DNA of 64,000 bases from an uncultured Gammaproteobacteria bacterium (GCA_964550465.1 CAZJZH010000001.1:107-64106), one strand, 5' to 3'. Numbered from the stretch's first letter, positions 1-9,015 are shown. Notes: generated by a model from the sequence alone, not told the origin. Made by a program: numbers and translations.

Positions 1-5
1 TGTAT

Positions 6-39
6 GTGGGAGTACTGCCTAGCAGTACGCCTGAACCAC
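6..39 (+). promoter_or_regulatory. Ribosomal protein L1 leader (autogenous translational operator), putative
   Basis: GTGG-GA-GTACTGC-cta-GCAGTAC-GCCTGAA-CCAC: two helices separated by an asymmetric internal loop with a GGGAG strand, 16 nt upstream of the rplA ATG; resembles the L1-binding rRNA-mimic site. Confidence 0.65.
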
Positions 40-55
40 GTAATAGAACATCCAT

Positions 56-736
56 ATGCCACGAGGCAAAAAATACACGGCTATTGCCGAAAAAATCGAC
101 GCTGATAAAACCTACACCCTAGCAGAAGCGCTGCAGTTTCTCGCAGACAACAAGGTGGAGAGTTTTGATGCGTCAGTAGAAGTTCACTGTAACTTGGGCA
201 TTGACCCAAAGAAAACTGACCAGCAGCTGCGCAGCACCGTTGTGCTGCCACATGGCACCGGTAAAGATAAGCGGGTAGCAGCTTTTGTGGGTCCAGACAA
301 AGAAGCTGAGGCCAAGGAAGCCGGCGCTGCCCTGGTAGGCGGCGAAGAACTGGTAGCGGAAATTAAAAAGACTGAGAAGACTGATTTTGACGTAGCGGTA
401 GCTACCCCACAGATGATGCCAAAAATTGCCGGTATTGCTAAGATCCTCGGTACCCGCGGCCTGATGCCCTCACCAAAGAATGACACTGTGACTGACAATA
501 TCGGTCAAGCAGTGGCTGATTTGAAGGGTGGTAAGGTGGCCTTTAAAAATGACAACACTGCCAATATCCACCAAGTAGTTGGTCGGTTGTCATTTGGTGC
601 AGACAAGTTGACTGAAAATATTACGACGTTTGTTGAAGCTATTAAAAAAGCCAAACCAGCTGGCAGCAAGGGTACGTACATCAAGAGCCTATCAATTTGT
701 ACGACCATGGGACCAAGCATTCAGATTAGCTTGTAA
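56..736 (+). CDS. rplA: 50S ribosomal protein L1
   Basis: Motifs FDASVEVH.NLGIDP, VVLPHGTGK, LGTRGLMPSPK, TTMGP. Confidence 0.98.
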   Translation: MPRGKKYTAIAEKIDADKTYTLAEALQFLADNKVESFDASVEVHCNLGIDPKKTDQQLRSTVVLPHGTGKDKRVAAFVGPDKEAEAKEAGAALVGGEELVAEIKKTEKTDFDVAVATPQMMPKIAGIAKILGTRGLMPSPKNDTVTDNIGQAVADLKGGKVAFKNDNTANIHQVVGRLSFGADKLTENITTFVEAIKKAKPAGSKGTYIKSLSICTTMGPSIQISL

Positions 737-753
737 GGCTTGTAAGGAGATTT

Positions 754-788
754 AAAAAAAACCGTTGGCGCTCTGCCAGCGGTTTTTT
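754..788. terminator. Bidirectional intrinsic terminator
   Basis: A8-CCGTTGGC-gctct-GCCAGCGG-T6 between convergent genes. Confidence 0.85.
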
Positions 789-812
789 GATTGATTGATT
801 TCCTGATTACCC

Positions 813-1736
813 TTATTCAATCGAAACTTGCGGCGCCTGACTGTCCGTGACTACACCGCGAATCATCATATCTGTAGAGTAGGCTTCTCCCCAATTACCG
901 GCAGCATCAACCACGATAATACCACCAAGACCCTTCACCTTTCTCACTAAATACCCAATAGCTTTTTCGGCCGCAGTAGCTGCATCACACCCTTCAAACA
1001 ATATATAGTCAGCCACGGTTTTAGCAAGCACCGTACGCAAAAATTGTTCACCAAAACCTGTAGCGGAAACAGCACACGTTTCATTGTCTGCCCACACTCC
1101 AGCGCCAATAACCGGTGAGTCCCCCACTCGACCAAACTGCTTGTTAACAATACCGCCAGTAGAGGTGGCTGCAGCCACGGTGCCATGAATGTCTCGAGCC
1201 ACCGCGCCAATAGTGCCAAATTTTTTATCCGTGGAAGCATCAGTATGATCAAGCACTACCTTACCCTGTTGTCGTGCAGTCTGCCACTGCTCCAATCGAT
1301 GACTGGTCACAAAAAAATCATTATCTGCCATTGGCACCTGTTGAGCGACTGCAAAGGCTTGGGCGCCAGCACCGGCTAACATGACGTGCTCCGTTGTGTC
1401 TTTGACTAAACGCGCCAGACTGGTGGGGTGAATAACGCCCTGCACCCCAATAACTGATCCGGCCGACAAATCTACCCCATCCATAATGGCTGCGTCCATT
1501 TCTACAATACCATCTGCATTGAGCACAGATCCCTTACCCGCATTGTACAGCTCATCGTCTTCCAGTAGATTGGCGCAGTGCTCAACTACGTCAATAGCTG
1601 CCGCACCGCTGGCCAGCCGCTCTTGCCCGGCTAGTAAAATAGCGGCGAGACTTTTTTCGTATTGTTGTTTCTTTTCTGGCGTCAGTTGCTTTAAAAACCC
1701 AGCGCCTCCATGAACGAGAAGCGTGTATTGTGACAT
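813..1736 (-). CDS. iaaA: Isoaspartyl peptidase / L-asparaginase (Ntn hydrolase)
   Basis: VHGGAG, NAGKGSVL, MDAAIMDG, GTIGAVA (nucleophile Thr), STGG, GRVGDSP, SATG.GE. Confidence 0.93.
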   Translation of the reverse strand: MSQYTLLVHGGAGFLKQLTPEKKQQYEKSLAAILLAGQERLASGAAAIDVVEHCANLLEDDELYNAGKGSVLNADGIVEMDAAIMDGVDLSAGSVIGVQGVIHPTSLARLVKDTTEHVMLAGAGAQAFAVAQQVPMADNDFFVTSHRLEQWQTARQQGKVVLDHTDASTDKKFGTIGAVARDIHGTVAAATSTGGIVNKQFGRVGDSPVIGAGVWADNETCAVSATGFGEQFLRTVLAKTVADYILFEGCDAATAAEKAIGYLVRKVKGLGGIIVVDAAGNWGEAYSTDMMIRGVVTDSQAPQVSIE

Positions 1737-1787
1737 ATCAATTTCTGTTAATTATCCTTATACACTAGGAGCATACTGTGATTTAGT

Positions 1788-1823
1788 AAAAAAGAAAAGC
1801 CTTCCGGGTAAAACCGAAAGGCT
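1788..1823 (-). terminator. Intrinsic terminator of the ATP-grasp-like gene
   Basis: Minus strand AGCCTTTCGG-ttttac-CCGGAAGGCT followed by a T-rich run. Confidence 0.75.
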
Positions 1824-1841
1824 GTGAATGTGTAATTGACC

Positions 1842-3428
1842 TTAGGATTGAGTCGCCTGCCAGAAGGCATCGAAACGATGTCGATCGACATCAGGATTGA
1901 GGTAGACCACGCCTACCCGGTGATGCGCCGCCGTACCATGGAGTGTTGGTATGTCGAATTTCGGCACTAACACTGCACCACACAAGTGCTTTCCTTGGCG
2001 ACGCAGAGCGTATGGACCAAAATATGCTTGCACATACTCGGCCCATTGCGGCCACGACAGGCCCTCAGCCGTGCGTTGAGTCAAGGCGGTGGAGTTAATA
2101 GTCCAACCGGCTTGTTCAGCACTGTGGCGTACAAAGTAGCTGACGTCATTACCGTTCATCCGTGGATTACAGTCAACCACCCAAGCATACCGACCATCGG
2201 ACCGCCTGATCAGGTCAGTACCGATAAAGCCGGTGTACCCTTCCCTAGCAAGATCCCGCGCCAGTCGTTCCAAGGGCGCCATACCGCCGATATTGCGGAG
2301 AAAATGGTGCTGGGCCGAGCGTCGCCAGTAAGAGCCACCGTAGGAAATACCATCAACCAGCACTTGCTCAGCGACTTGACCAAGCTGCCAATCAAAGCTT
2401 GGGTCATGCTGCACGCGCAGCGTAACGCACGGTGACTGATAGACGGTTGCATCCGCCGGGTTACCCCCCAGCGGTATATCGCCTGTGGGCACCGGCTCGA
2501 GCAATTGCAATCCTTGATGCGCATCGGGGTTTAGCTGGCGCTGTTGGAGATTGCGCACGATCCGCAAAAACTGCTCCCCGGCAAGGGGGTTGCCACAATC
2601 AAAGCGTGCGATACTCGCCTCAACAGCGTTACCTGAGCCACCGCCAACCGCCTTGATGAAGTATTTGACCGTGCGATCAAACGACAGGAGGATCGGTTGA
2701 TACAGGAACTGCTCTGATTCCAACATGTCAGCGAATCGACTGAGGACGTGCTGTGCCGGTGTTTGCGCTAACAGCGCTAGAACTTCAGCCGGCAGCTGCT
2801 CAATCAACACCGCGCCTGGCAAGCTAACTTTGTCAGCATGCTGTCTGTCGCGGAAGAGTAGCTTGTAGAAGTAGTTCTTATCAATCAGCTTTCGCGTAGC
2901 CTGCATTAGCTCCAGGTCTCGTAGGAGCAGACTAACCATGGAGCTGTTACGATCAACTAGCAACACCGGCCTACCAGCAGAACGGAGGTGGTAACTATAG
3001 CTATGAGCATCTACTCGACTTAGCACTGTCTCCGGGTCCGCGTCAGCAGCAACAGTCACTCCAAACCGACCCCACTGTCTGTAGTGGTAGTCATCACCAA
3101 TGACCGCTGCTTGTTCATAAAACGGGCGGTTATAGCGGTGCACTGGGGCAAGGTACTGTTCCATTCGCGTGAGAGCGTTAGCCGGCAATTCGCTGACTAG
3201 TATATCAGCCTGTTGCACTACACCACTAGGCAGAAACATGGCCCTAATAATTCCGAGCTCCCATTCCTTCACCGCAGACTGAGTCACATTAGCACCCGTC
3301 TCTATAAACATACGCCACGAACCATGCACTAGCACTCGCTGACAGGTTGGCATATACCCGTACTGAGCAATCACTGGTGAGCTTAGCTCTGTAGCCAAGA
3401 CATACTGACAATGCGGCATATCTGTCAT
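1842..3428 (-). CDS. Divergent ATP-grasp-fold protein (orphan), about 528 aa
   Basis: Long ORF; AGGAGG SD before ATG 3428; IKAVGGGSG loop and GFIGTDL...DG...VVDCNPRMNG resembling the ATP-grasp C-terminal D...E-x-N-P-R motif. Confidence 0.6.
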   Translation of the reverse strand: MTDMPHCQYVLATELSSPVIAQYGYMPTCQRVLVHGSWRMFIETGANVTQSAVKEWELGIIRAMFLPSGVVQQADILVSELPANALTRMEQYLAPVHRYNRPFYEQAAVIGDDYHYRQWGRFGVTVAADADPETVLSRVDAHSYSYHLRSAGRPVLLVDRNSSMVSLLLRDLELMQATRKLIDKNYFYKLLFRDRQHADKVSLPGAVLIEQLPAEVLALLAQTPAQHVLSRFADMLESEQFLYQPILLSFDRTVKYFIKAVGGGSGNAVEASIARFDCGNPLAGEQFLRIVRNLQQRQLNPDAHQGLQLLEPVPTGDIPLGGNPADATVYQSPCVTLRVQHDPSFDWQLGQVAEQVLVDGISYGGSYWRRSAQHHFLRNIGGMAPLERLARDLAREGYTGFIGTDLIRRSDGRYAWVVDCNPRMNGNDVSYFVRHSAEQAGWTINSTALTQRTAEGLSWPQWAEYVQAYFGPYALRRQGKHLCGAVLVPKFDIPTLHGTAAHHRVGVVYLNPDVDRHRFDAFWQATQS

Positions 3429-3510
3429 CAAAACACCTCCTTGACTCAATCCCTGAGAATCGAGTTATTATTAAAGAGCGAAAAAATCTCACTTATCATG
3501 AGATCATTGT

Positions 3511-3538
3511 ATAGTACCTTTTTTGCGTTTTTTGTCAA
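3511..3538 (-). promoter_or_regulatory. Sigma70-type promoter, putative
   Basis: TTGACA-16 nt-TACTAT on the minus strand upstream of the ATP-grasp-like gene. Confidence 0.6.
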
Positions 3539-3551
3539 CCTTGCGGGGACA

Positions 3552-3959
3552 TTACCCACTATACCGATTCCCTTCCAACCCCTGCTGACAAAAATCCACC
3601 AACTCCTGCTTACTGCCAAACTCCTGTGGTTGATGCATAGTCGGCTTAATCATCTGATTATAAATCTCTAGCGTCAACGGCACTAAGGTGTACATCCCGC
3701 CACCTTCAGCAGCAGCTCGCTCAAAGACAAAATGGTTACGACTGCGGATCACAAACTCTTTGACCGTAAACGACTTACGGCGCAAGGTATTAAACCAGTT
3801 CATCTGGTTGGTGGCGTGGTCATAGACTACGTCCAGCGCTAGGCGAACAGTCGGGTCGGTCGGACAGCTGACATAGTAGGCCCGCGCCGGAAAACGCACC
3901 ACTCCGGATGATGGTTTGTTGTGCAGGCTATCAACTGGCTTTTGTTGTTGCTGTGACAT
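3552..3959 (-). CDS. Hypothetical protein, 135 aa
   Basis: ATG-started ORF tightly packed behind the ferredoxin gene; no family recognised. Confidence 0.7.
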   Translation of the reverse strand: MSQQQQKPVDSLHNKPSSGVVRFPARAYYVSCPTDPTVRLALDVVYDHATNQMNWFNTLRRKSFTVKEFVIRSRNHFVFERAAAEGGGMYTLVPLTLEIYNQMIKPTMHQPQEFGSKQELVDFCQQGLEGNRYSG

Positions 3960-3968
3960 GCCTATAGT

Positions 3969-4301
3969 TTACAATAGATCAGATAAAAGTTCATCTATAT
4001 CAACATCAACCTCTCGACCACGCATATCAATAGCTCTGCCCTGTTCAATATCATCAACGATAGTATCAGGTTTAGCGCGAATAACTGTCTTGTCGTCCAC
4101 ATCAACGGTCGGCCCTTCCTCACAAAACCCCCGGCAAGCCCGGTAGCGCAAATCCACCTGGTCATTAGCTTGTCCGGCGGCCAGACCGTAGTGTTGCTCT
4201 AGCCGCTCCATCAGCCGCGGACCACCCAACGGGCCGCAGGTTTTGCCGCGACAGACACAGATTTTCTTTGGTTTTTGGGCTGGTGGTTGTGTTTCAGACA
4301 T
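3969..4301 (-). CDS. Thioredoxin-like [2Fe-2S] ferredoxin domain protein (NuoE-like)
   Basis: C-x4-C (CRGKTC) and C-x-G-x-C-x2-GP (CRGFCEEGP). Confidence 0.85.
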   Translation of the reverse strand: MSETQPPAQKPKKICVCRGKTCGPLGGPRLMERLEQHYGLAAGQANDQVDLRYRACRGFCEEGPTVDVDDKTVIRAKPDTIVDDIEQGRAIDMRGREVDVDIDELLSDLL

Positions 4302-4410
4302 ACATCACCCATTAATACCATAATCCGCCCTGACCGACAAGTTGTAGGCCAAGCGCCACGCTGGTATACTACAGTCTTAGGAGGACATTTAGTTACTATT
4401 GCTTGTCAGT

Positions 4411-4914
4411 ATGGAAAATCATAATACTCCTACACCTCATGTTCGCCCCAGCTGGGACGAATATTTTATTGGCATTAGTCGAGCCGCTGCTACTCGCGCT
4501 ACCTGTGATCGAGGTCGCTCTGGCTGTTGTATTGCTCGCGATAAACACATCTTGGTCACCGGCTATGTCGGCTCACCCATGGGCGTGCCACACTGCGATG
4601 AGGTTGGTCATGAGATGCACACTGTGCGCCATGCTGACGGCCATGAGTCAAAACACTGTATCCGTACTGCTCATGCTGAACAGAACGCCATCTGCCAAGC
4701 CGCTAAAATGGGTATTGCACTGGTAGGCGCTACCATCTACTGCAAAATGACCCCCTGCTATGTTTGCGCCAAGATGATTATTAACTGTGGCATTAGTCGC
4801 GTGGTCTGCGAAAAAGATTACCACGCCAGTCAGCGTAGTAAGGATATCTTTGCTGAGGCTGGGGTAGCTTTAAAGGTCATGGACAACCAATTAGAACAGT
4901 ACGACAACCAATAG
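4411..4914 (+). CDS. dCMP deaminase (ComEB family)
   Basis: RPSWDEYF, RATCDR, HAEQNAI, PCYVC zinc motifs; first ATG at 4411. Confidence 0.93.
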   Translation: MENHNTPTPHVRPSWDEYFIGISRAAATRATCDRGRSGCCIARDKHILVTGYVGSPMGVPHCDEVGHEMHTVRHADGHESKHCIRTAHAEQNAICQAAKMGIALVGATIYCKMTPCYVCAKMIINCGISRVVCEKDYHASQRSKDIFAEAGVALKVMDNQLEQYDNQ

Positions 4915-4915
4915 T

Positions 4916-5791
4916 ATGCAGCAGTATCTCAATTTAGTCAGAAATATTTTAGACCATGGCAAGCGCCGGGCAAATCGCACCGGTATTGATCAGTTGACCA
5001 TCACCGGGGCCATGTTGGAACATGACATGAGTCAAGGCTTCCCTCTCTTGACCACCAAAAAAGTGCCGTTTCGCTTAGTGGCTTCCGAGCTGGAATTTTT
5101 CATTAAAGGCATGACGGATAAGCACTGGCTAAAGGAAAAGTACAATAACCACATTTGGGATGAATGGGCCACACGACTGAAGGTGCCATATGGACACGAT
5201 GAAGAAACCAAACAAAAGATGGCTGCCGAGCGGGACTTAGGGCCGATTTACGGCTTCCAGTGGCGGCACTTCAACGCGCCCTATCGCAACCACAATGACA
5301 ATTACGACGGCGAAGGCGTTGACCAGTTAAAAAACCTAGTAGCCACTTTGAAAAGTAACCCCACTAACCGGCGGATGGTGGTCTCCGCTTGGAACCCTAG
5401 TCAAAACCCGGACATGGCGCTACCACCCTGCCACTATGGCTTTCAAGTCACGGTACTTGATAACAAACTCAACCTGCTGTGGAACCAGCGCTCAGTTGAC
5501 ACCATGCTGGGCCTACCGTTTAACATTGCTAGCTACGCCCTGTTGCTCCACTTGCTGGCCAAAGAAACTGGCTATGAAGAGGGTAAACTGGTCGGCTTCT
5601 TGGCGGACGTCCATATCTACGTCAACCATATTGAAGGTGCTCAAGAACAGCTCCAGCGTGACCCTGACAAATACCCACTACCCTGTCTAGAAACAGATCC
5701 TTTTGCCTCTATCTTTGCTTGGCATCACAAAGACACCAAGCTAAAGGGGTATGAAAGTTACCCTAAAATTTCTTTTGATATCGCCGTCTAA
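4916..5791 (+). CDS. thyA: Thymidylate synthase
   Basis: NRTG, FPLLTTKK, LGPIYGFQWR, MALPPCH, QRSVD, GLPFNIASY, HIY. Confidence 0.98.
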   Translation: MQQYLNLVRNILDHGKRRANRTGIDQLTITGAMLEHDMSQGFPLLTTKKVPFRLVASELEFFIKGMTDKHWLKEKYNNHIWDEWATRLKVPYGHDEETKQKMAAERDLGPIYGFQWRHFNAPYRNHNDNYDGEGVDQLKNLVATLKSNPTNRRMVVSAWNPSQNPDMALPPCHYGFQVTVLDNKLNLLWNQRSVDTMLGLPFNIASYALLLHLLAKETGYEEGKLVGFLADVHIYVNHIEGAQEQLQRDPDKYPLPCLETDPFASIFAWHHKDTKLKGYESYPKISFDIAV

Positions 5792-5792
5792 T

Positions 5793-6302
5793 ATGAAAGT
5801 CACTCTGGTGATGGCCATGACGGTTGATGGTAAAATCGCTCAGCATGCCACCCATGCCGCTGATTGGACCAGTAAAGCTGATAAAAAAGCCTTTGTAGTC
5901 AAGACCAAGCAGGCCGGAGTGATCATTATGGGCAAGCGCACCTTTGATACCTTCCCCGGTCCCCTGCCAGGTCGCTTAAATGTCGTCATGCACCAAGCCG
6001 GTACAGTGGTGCCAACTGACGGACCAGACAACCTCCGCTATACTACTGACTCCCCTGCTACTATTATTGAACAGTTAGCAGCCGAAGGATATAACGAAGT
6101 TGTCTTAGGCGGTGGCACCACTATCAATAACCTATTCGCGGCTGACGGCTTGATCGATGAATTACTGCTGACCATTGAACCGCGGCTGTTCGGTCAAGGG
6201 CTTGGTCTGTTCAGTCAAGCCTATGACTGGCCGTTACGACTACTAGCTATTAACCAACTGAACGAACAGACCATTCAGCTCCATTACGCTGTTGAAAAAT
6301 AA
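5793..6302 (+). CDS. folA: Dihydrofolate reductase family protein
   Basis: AMTVDGKIA, IMGKRTF, PLPGRLNVV, GGG, IDELLLTIEP; directly follows thyA. Confidence 0.8.
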   Translation: MKVTLVMAMTVDGKIAQHATHAADWTSKADKKAFVVKTKQAGVIIMGKRTFDTFPGPLPGRLNVVMHQAGTVVPTDGPDNLRYTTDSPATIIEQLAAEGYNEVVLGGGTTINNLFAADGLIDELLLTIEPRLFGQGLGLFSQAYDWPLRLLAINQLNEQTIQLHYAVEK

Positions 6303-6309
6303 TCATCCT

Positions 6310-6876
6310 ATGAAAAAACTGATCATCGGCTTTGTTGGTGAAATTGGTGCTGGCAAAGACACCGCGGCCGACTATTTAACAGAACAGTATCAGGCCACCA
6401 AGGTCAGCTTTGGCACTATGTTGATGCAGATTGCCCAAACCTTGCACCTGCCCAATGACCGTGAACATTTAACGCGTATTTCAGAAATGGTCCGCCATGA
6501 ATTTGGCCAGGACATGCTGGCTAAGGTGATTGCTGAAGATGTTAAAAATCTTGATGCGCCCATGATCTGCGTGCCTAACGTCCGACGCCATCAAGACATT
6601 ACCTACTTACGGGAGCTGCCAAACTTTATCCTCATTCACATTACTGCTGAACCGCGCACTCGCTATGAACGTATCACCACTCGCGGTGAAAAAGCTGATG
6701 ACGCCACCAAGACCTGGGAGCAATTTTTACAAGACGCGCAGCTGCCCACGGAGGTGACTATCCGTGAAGTGGCCGCTACCGCTAACCACGCCGTCAGTAA
6801 TGACGGCAGTCCAGCCGAGCTCTACCAGCAAGTTGAAGCTATCATCAAACAATATGTCACAGACGATCAAAATTAA
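6310..6876 (+). CDS. P-loop (deoxy)nucleoside monophosphate kinase-like protein
   Basis: IIGFVGEIGAGKDT Walker A; NVR motif; C-terminal V.NDG.; located within the dTTP operon. Confidence 0.8.
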   Translation: MKKLIIGFVGEIGAGKDTAADYLTEQYQATKVSFGTMLMQIAQTLHLPNDREHLTRISEMVRHEFGQDMLAKVIAEDVKNLDAPMICVPNVRRHQDITYLRELPNFILIHITAEPRTRYERITTRGEKADDATKTWEQFLQDAQLPTEVTIREVAATANHAVSNDGSPAELYQQVEAIIKQYVTDDQN

Positions 6877-7282
6877 ACGTCTCCATCCAGCAGCTACGCT
6901 ACCGAACTACGCTCACGCCACGGACGCAGGCATGGATCTACACGCCTGTGAAACTATCACCGTACAACCCGGCCAGCGGGTGCATATCCCCACCGGCCTG
7001 GCGGTAGAGTTACCGGCTGGCACGGTCATGCTGATCTGGGACAAGAGTGGCTTAGCCAATAAGCACGGCATCACTAATTTTGCCGGGGTGATTGACGCAG
7101 GCTACCGCGGTGAAGTAGGTATTATCAGCTATAACAGTGGCACGGAGCCTCACACTTTTGCGGCTGGTGATAAAATTGCCCAGGCCCTGATCCAACAAGT
7201 TGAGCAGGTGGAGATAGTTGAAGTAGATGAGCTCAGTCAAGCAGACCGTGGAACAGGCGGCTTTGGTTCAACCGGCACATAG
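6854..7282 (+). CDS. dut: dUTP diphosphatase
   Basis: AGMDL, KSGLA, GVIDAGYRGE, GDKIAQ, RGTGGFGSTG. Confidence 0.97.
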   Translation: MSQTIKIKRLHPAATLPNYAHATDAGMDLHACETITVQPGQRVHIPTGLAVELPAGTVMLIWDKSGLANKHGITNFAGVIDAGYRGEVGIISYNSGTEPHTFAAGDKIAQALIQQVEQVEIVEVDELSQADRGTGGFGSTGT

Positions 7283-7283
7283 T

Positions 7284-7952
7284 ATGGGGCTACTGATTGT
7301 CATCGACGGTACAGACGGTTCTGGCAAAGCCACGCAAACCAAGCTGCTGGTGGACCGTCTGACTGATCACGGCTGTACCGTCCAGACCATGGCCTTTCCT
7401 CAGTATGGTAAAAAATCAGCCGGACTGGTGGAAGAATACCTCAGCGGCGCTTACGGTACAGCTGATGCGGTTGATCCACGCATCGCTGCCTTCTTTTTTG
7501 CGGCTGATCGTTACGATGCCAGTTTTCAAATTCGCCAATGGCTGGATAGCGGCTGCGTGGTGGTGCTGGACCGTTATGTCTCTGCCAACATGGGTCACCA
7601 GGGCGCCAAGATTGCCGATGTCGACAAGCGCCAACGCTTCATGACCTGGATCTACCGCTTAGAACATGAATTTTTTGATATTCCGGTGCCGGATATGAAC
7701 CTCATCTTGCACGTGCCGGCAGCCGTATCACAGCAACTAGCCCAGCAGCGCAATGAAAAAGAATGGGCTGGCAAAACAAGAGATATTCACGAAGATGACG
7801 CTCAGCACCTAGCGGCAGCCGAAGCCACCTATCTGTGGATGGCCCAGCAGTACCCAGAGTTTCACTTACTCTCCTGTACGGCTGACAACCAGATGCTGCC
7901 ACGTAATGTGATTGCGGAACGGATCTGGCAGGTAGTGAAAGAAAAATTATAG
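7284..7952 (+). CDS. tmk: Thymidylate kinase
   Basis: IDGTDGSGKATQ, FP.YG, AADR, LDRYVS.N, PD. Confidence 0.93.
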   Translation: MGLLIVIDGTDGSGKATQTKLLVDRLTDHGCTVQTMAFPQYGKKSAGLVEEYLSGAYGTADAVDPRIAAFFFAADRYDASFQIRQWLDSGCVVVLDRYVSANMGHQGAKIADVDKRQRFMTWIYRLEHEFFDIPVPDMNLILHVPAAVSQQLAQQRNEKEWAGKTRDIHEDDAQHLAAAEATYLWMAQQYPEFHLLSCTADNQMLPRNVIAERIWQVVKEKL

Positions 7953-7959
7953 CTATCAG

Positions 7960-7985
7960 AAAACCGCCCCCTCGGGGGCGGTTTT
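7960..7985. terminator. Bidirectional intrinsic terminator
   Basis: AAAACCGCCCCC-tc-GGGGGCGGTTTT between convergent genes. Confidence 0.8.
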
Positions 7986-7999
7986 GATCTTTTGTGTGT

Positions 8000-8635
8000 T
8001 TACTCGAGCACCCGCGCCGCGGGCGGCACAGGTGGATCGGGCGATTGGTGGTCGGCGTGGATCCGGACGATCTGTCGATCAACCACCAGCTGACCTTCTT
8101 GAGGGCGATAAAAGTCATCGACGGTCAGGAAGACCGTTTGACCGACACTGAGGCGGCTGAACTGCTTGGTGATCGGCACCCAGAAATCCAGCTCCTCCCT
8201 CATGACAGTCGCCACAGTGTCCGACTGATAGAACGGATCCCGTTGGAGGTCCTGGACCTCCTCCAGCACCGCCTGCGTCACACCGTGAACACCCGGCATC
8301 TCCAGCAAGTACACATTGCCGGTGCTCGGGTCCACCAGGGCTTGCGCCACCAGCAGCGGCGTACGTTCCGGCACATTGGCCGGCCCGATACGCAGATCGC
8401 CGAAATTGTACAGCGGCTGCACTCGCCGCTCGTTTTCCAAGGTGGCGAGACTCTCCTGCGCACGAGCGAGTTTACCTTGCAATTTATCGCGCTCAACTTC
8501 AGCACGATAAAGCTTCGCCTCCAGTTCCCGGACGTCGTCTCGCAATTGCTGCTCCACGATCGCCCTATCACTGCAGCCAGTGGTGAGGGCGCCCAACAGC
8601 ACCCCAACGATCGCGAACAAAATGACTTTCTTCAT
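8000..8635 (-). CDS. Putative lipoprotein with coiled coil, hypothetical
   Basis: AGGAGG SD; MKK + hydrophobic stretch + lipobox-like LTTGC; heptad-rich segment follows. Confidence 0.7.
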   Translation of the reverse strand: MKKVILFAIVGVLLGALTTGCSDRAIVEQQLRDDVRELEAKLYRAEVERDKLQGKLARAQESLATLENERRVQPLYNFGDLRIGPANVPERTPLLVAQALVDPSTGNVYLLEMPGVHGVTQAVLEEVQDLQRDPFYQSDTVATVMREELDFWVPITKQFSRLSVGQTVFLTVDDFYRPQEGQLVVDRQIVRIHADHQSPDPPVPPAARVLE

Positions 8636-8670
8636 CCCCATTCCTCCTTTTGGTTGGGGGTTGATTATCC

Positions 8671-8946
8671 TTAACCGCGCCGAACTTTGTCCAGCAGCAG
8701 CTGGTCAAGCCAACGATCCTGCTCGGTGATCTGCGCCGCCGAAATTTCCCACTGCAGCACTTCGTTCTGCTGGCGCAGATCGGCAACCTGTTCTCGCTGC
8801 TGAACGACTTGCTGTTGCAAAGCGACATTTTCCTGCTCCAAGTCAGTGATTTCATCACCAGCCCATGTTACTGTCAATAGCAGAAAAAAGCACAGGCTGG
8901 CCAACCATAGCATGCCGATAATCCCGTCCCTTTCCGATTTGCTCAT
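8671..8946 (-). CDS. Small membrane-anchored coiled-coil protein, hypothetical
   Basis: N-terminal hydrophobic helix followed by Q/E/L heptads; same strand as the lipoprotein gene. Confidence 0.65.
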   Translation of the reverse strand: MSKSERDGIIGMLWLASLCFFLLLTVTWAGDEITDLEQENVALQQQVVQQREQVADLRQQNEVLQWEISAAQITEQDRWLDQLLLDKVRRG

Positions 8947-9015
8947 TTCTTACATCTCTGACGCTCCTTCCAACCAGATGCTTCTGGTTATTGTTAAGGT
9001 TCTATACGATATAGT

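Noticed and set aside
729-747. Short tandem duplication CTTGTAAGG at the rplA stop
   Set aside because: Two copies of 9 nt; too short to support a function.
7994-8674. 226-aa plus-strand ORF
   Set aside because: Antisense shadow of the minus-strand lipoprotein gene, which has the SD and signal peptide.
4411-8946. Prophage
   Set aside because: The nucleotide-metabolism genes are phage-like in clustering only; there are no structural, terminase or integrase genes.
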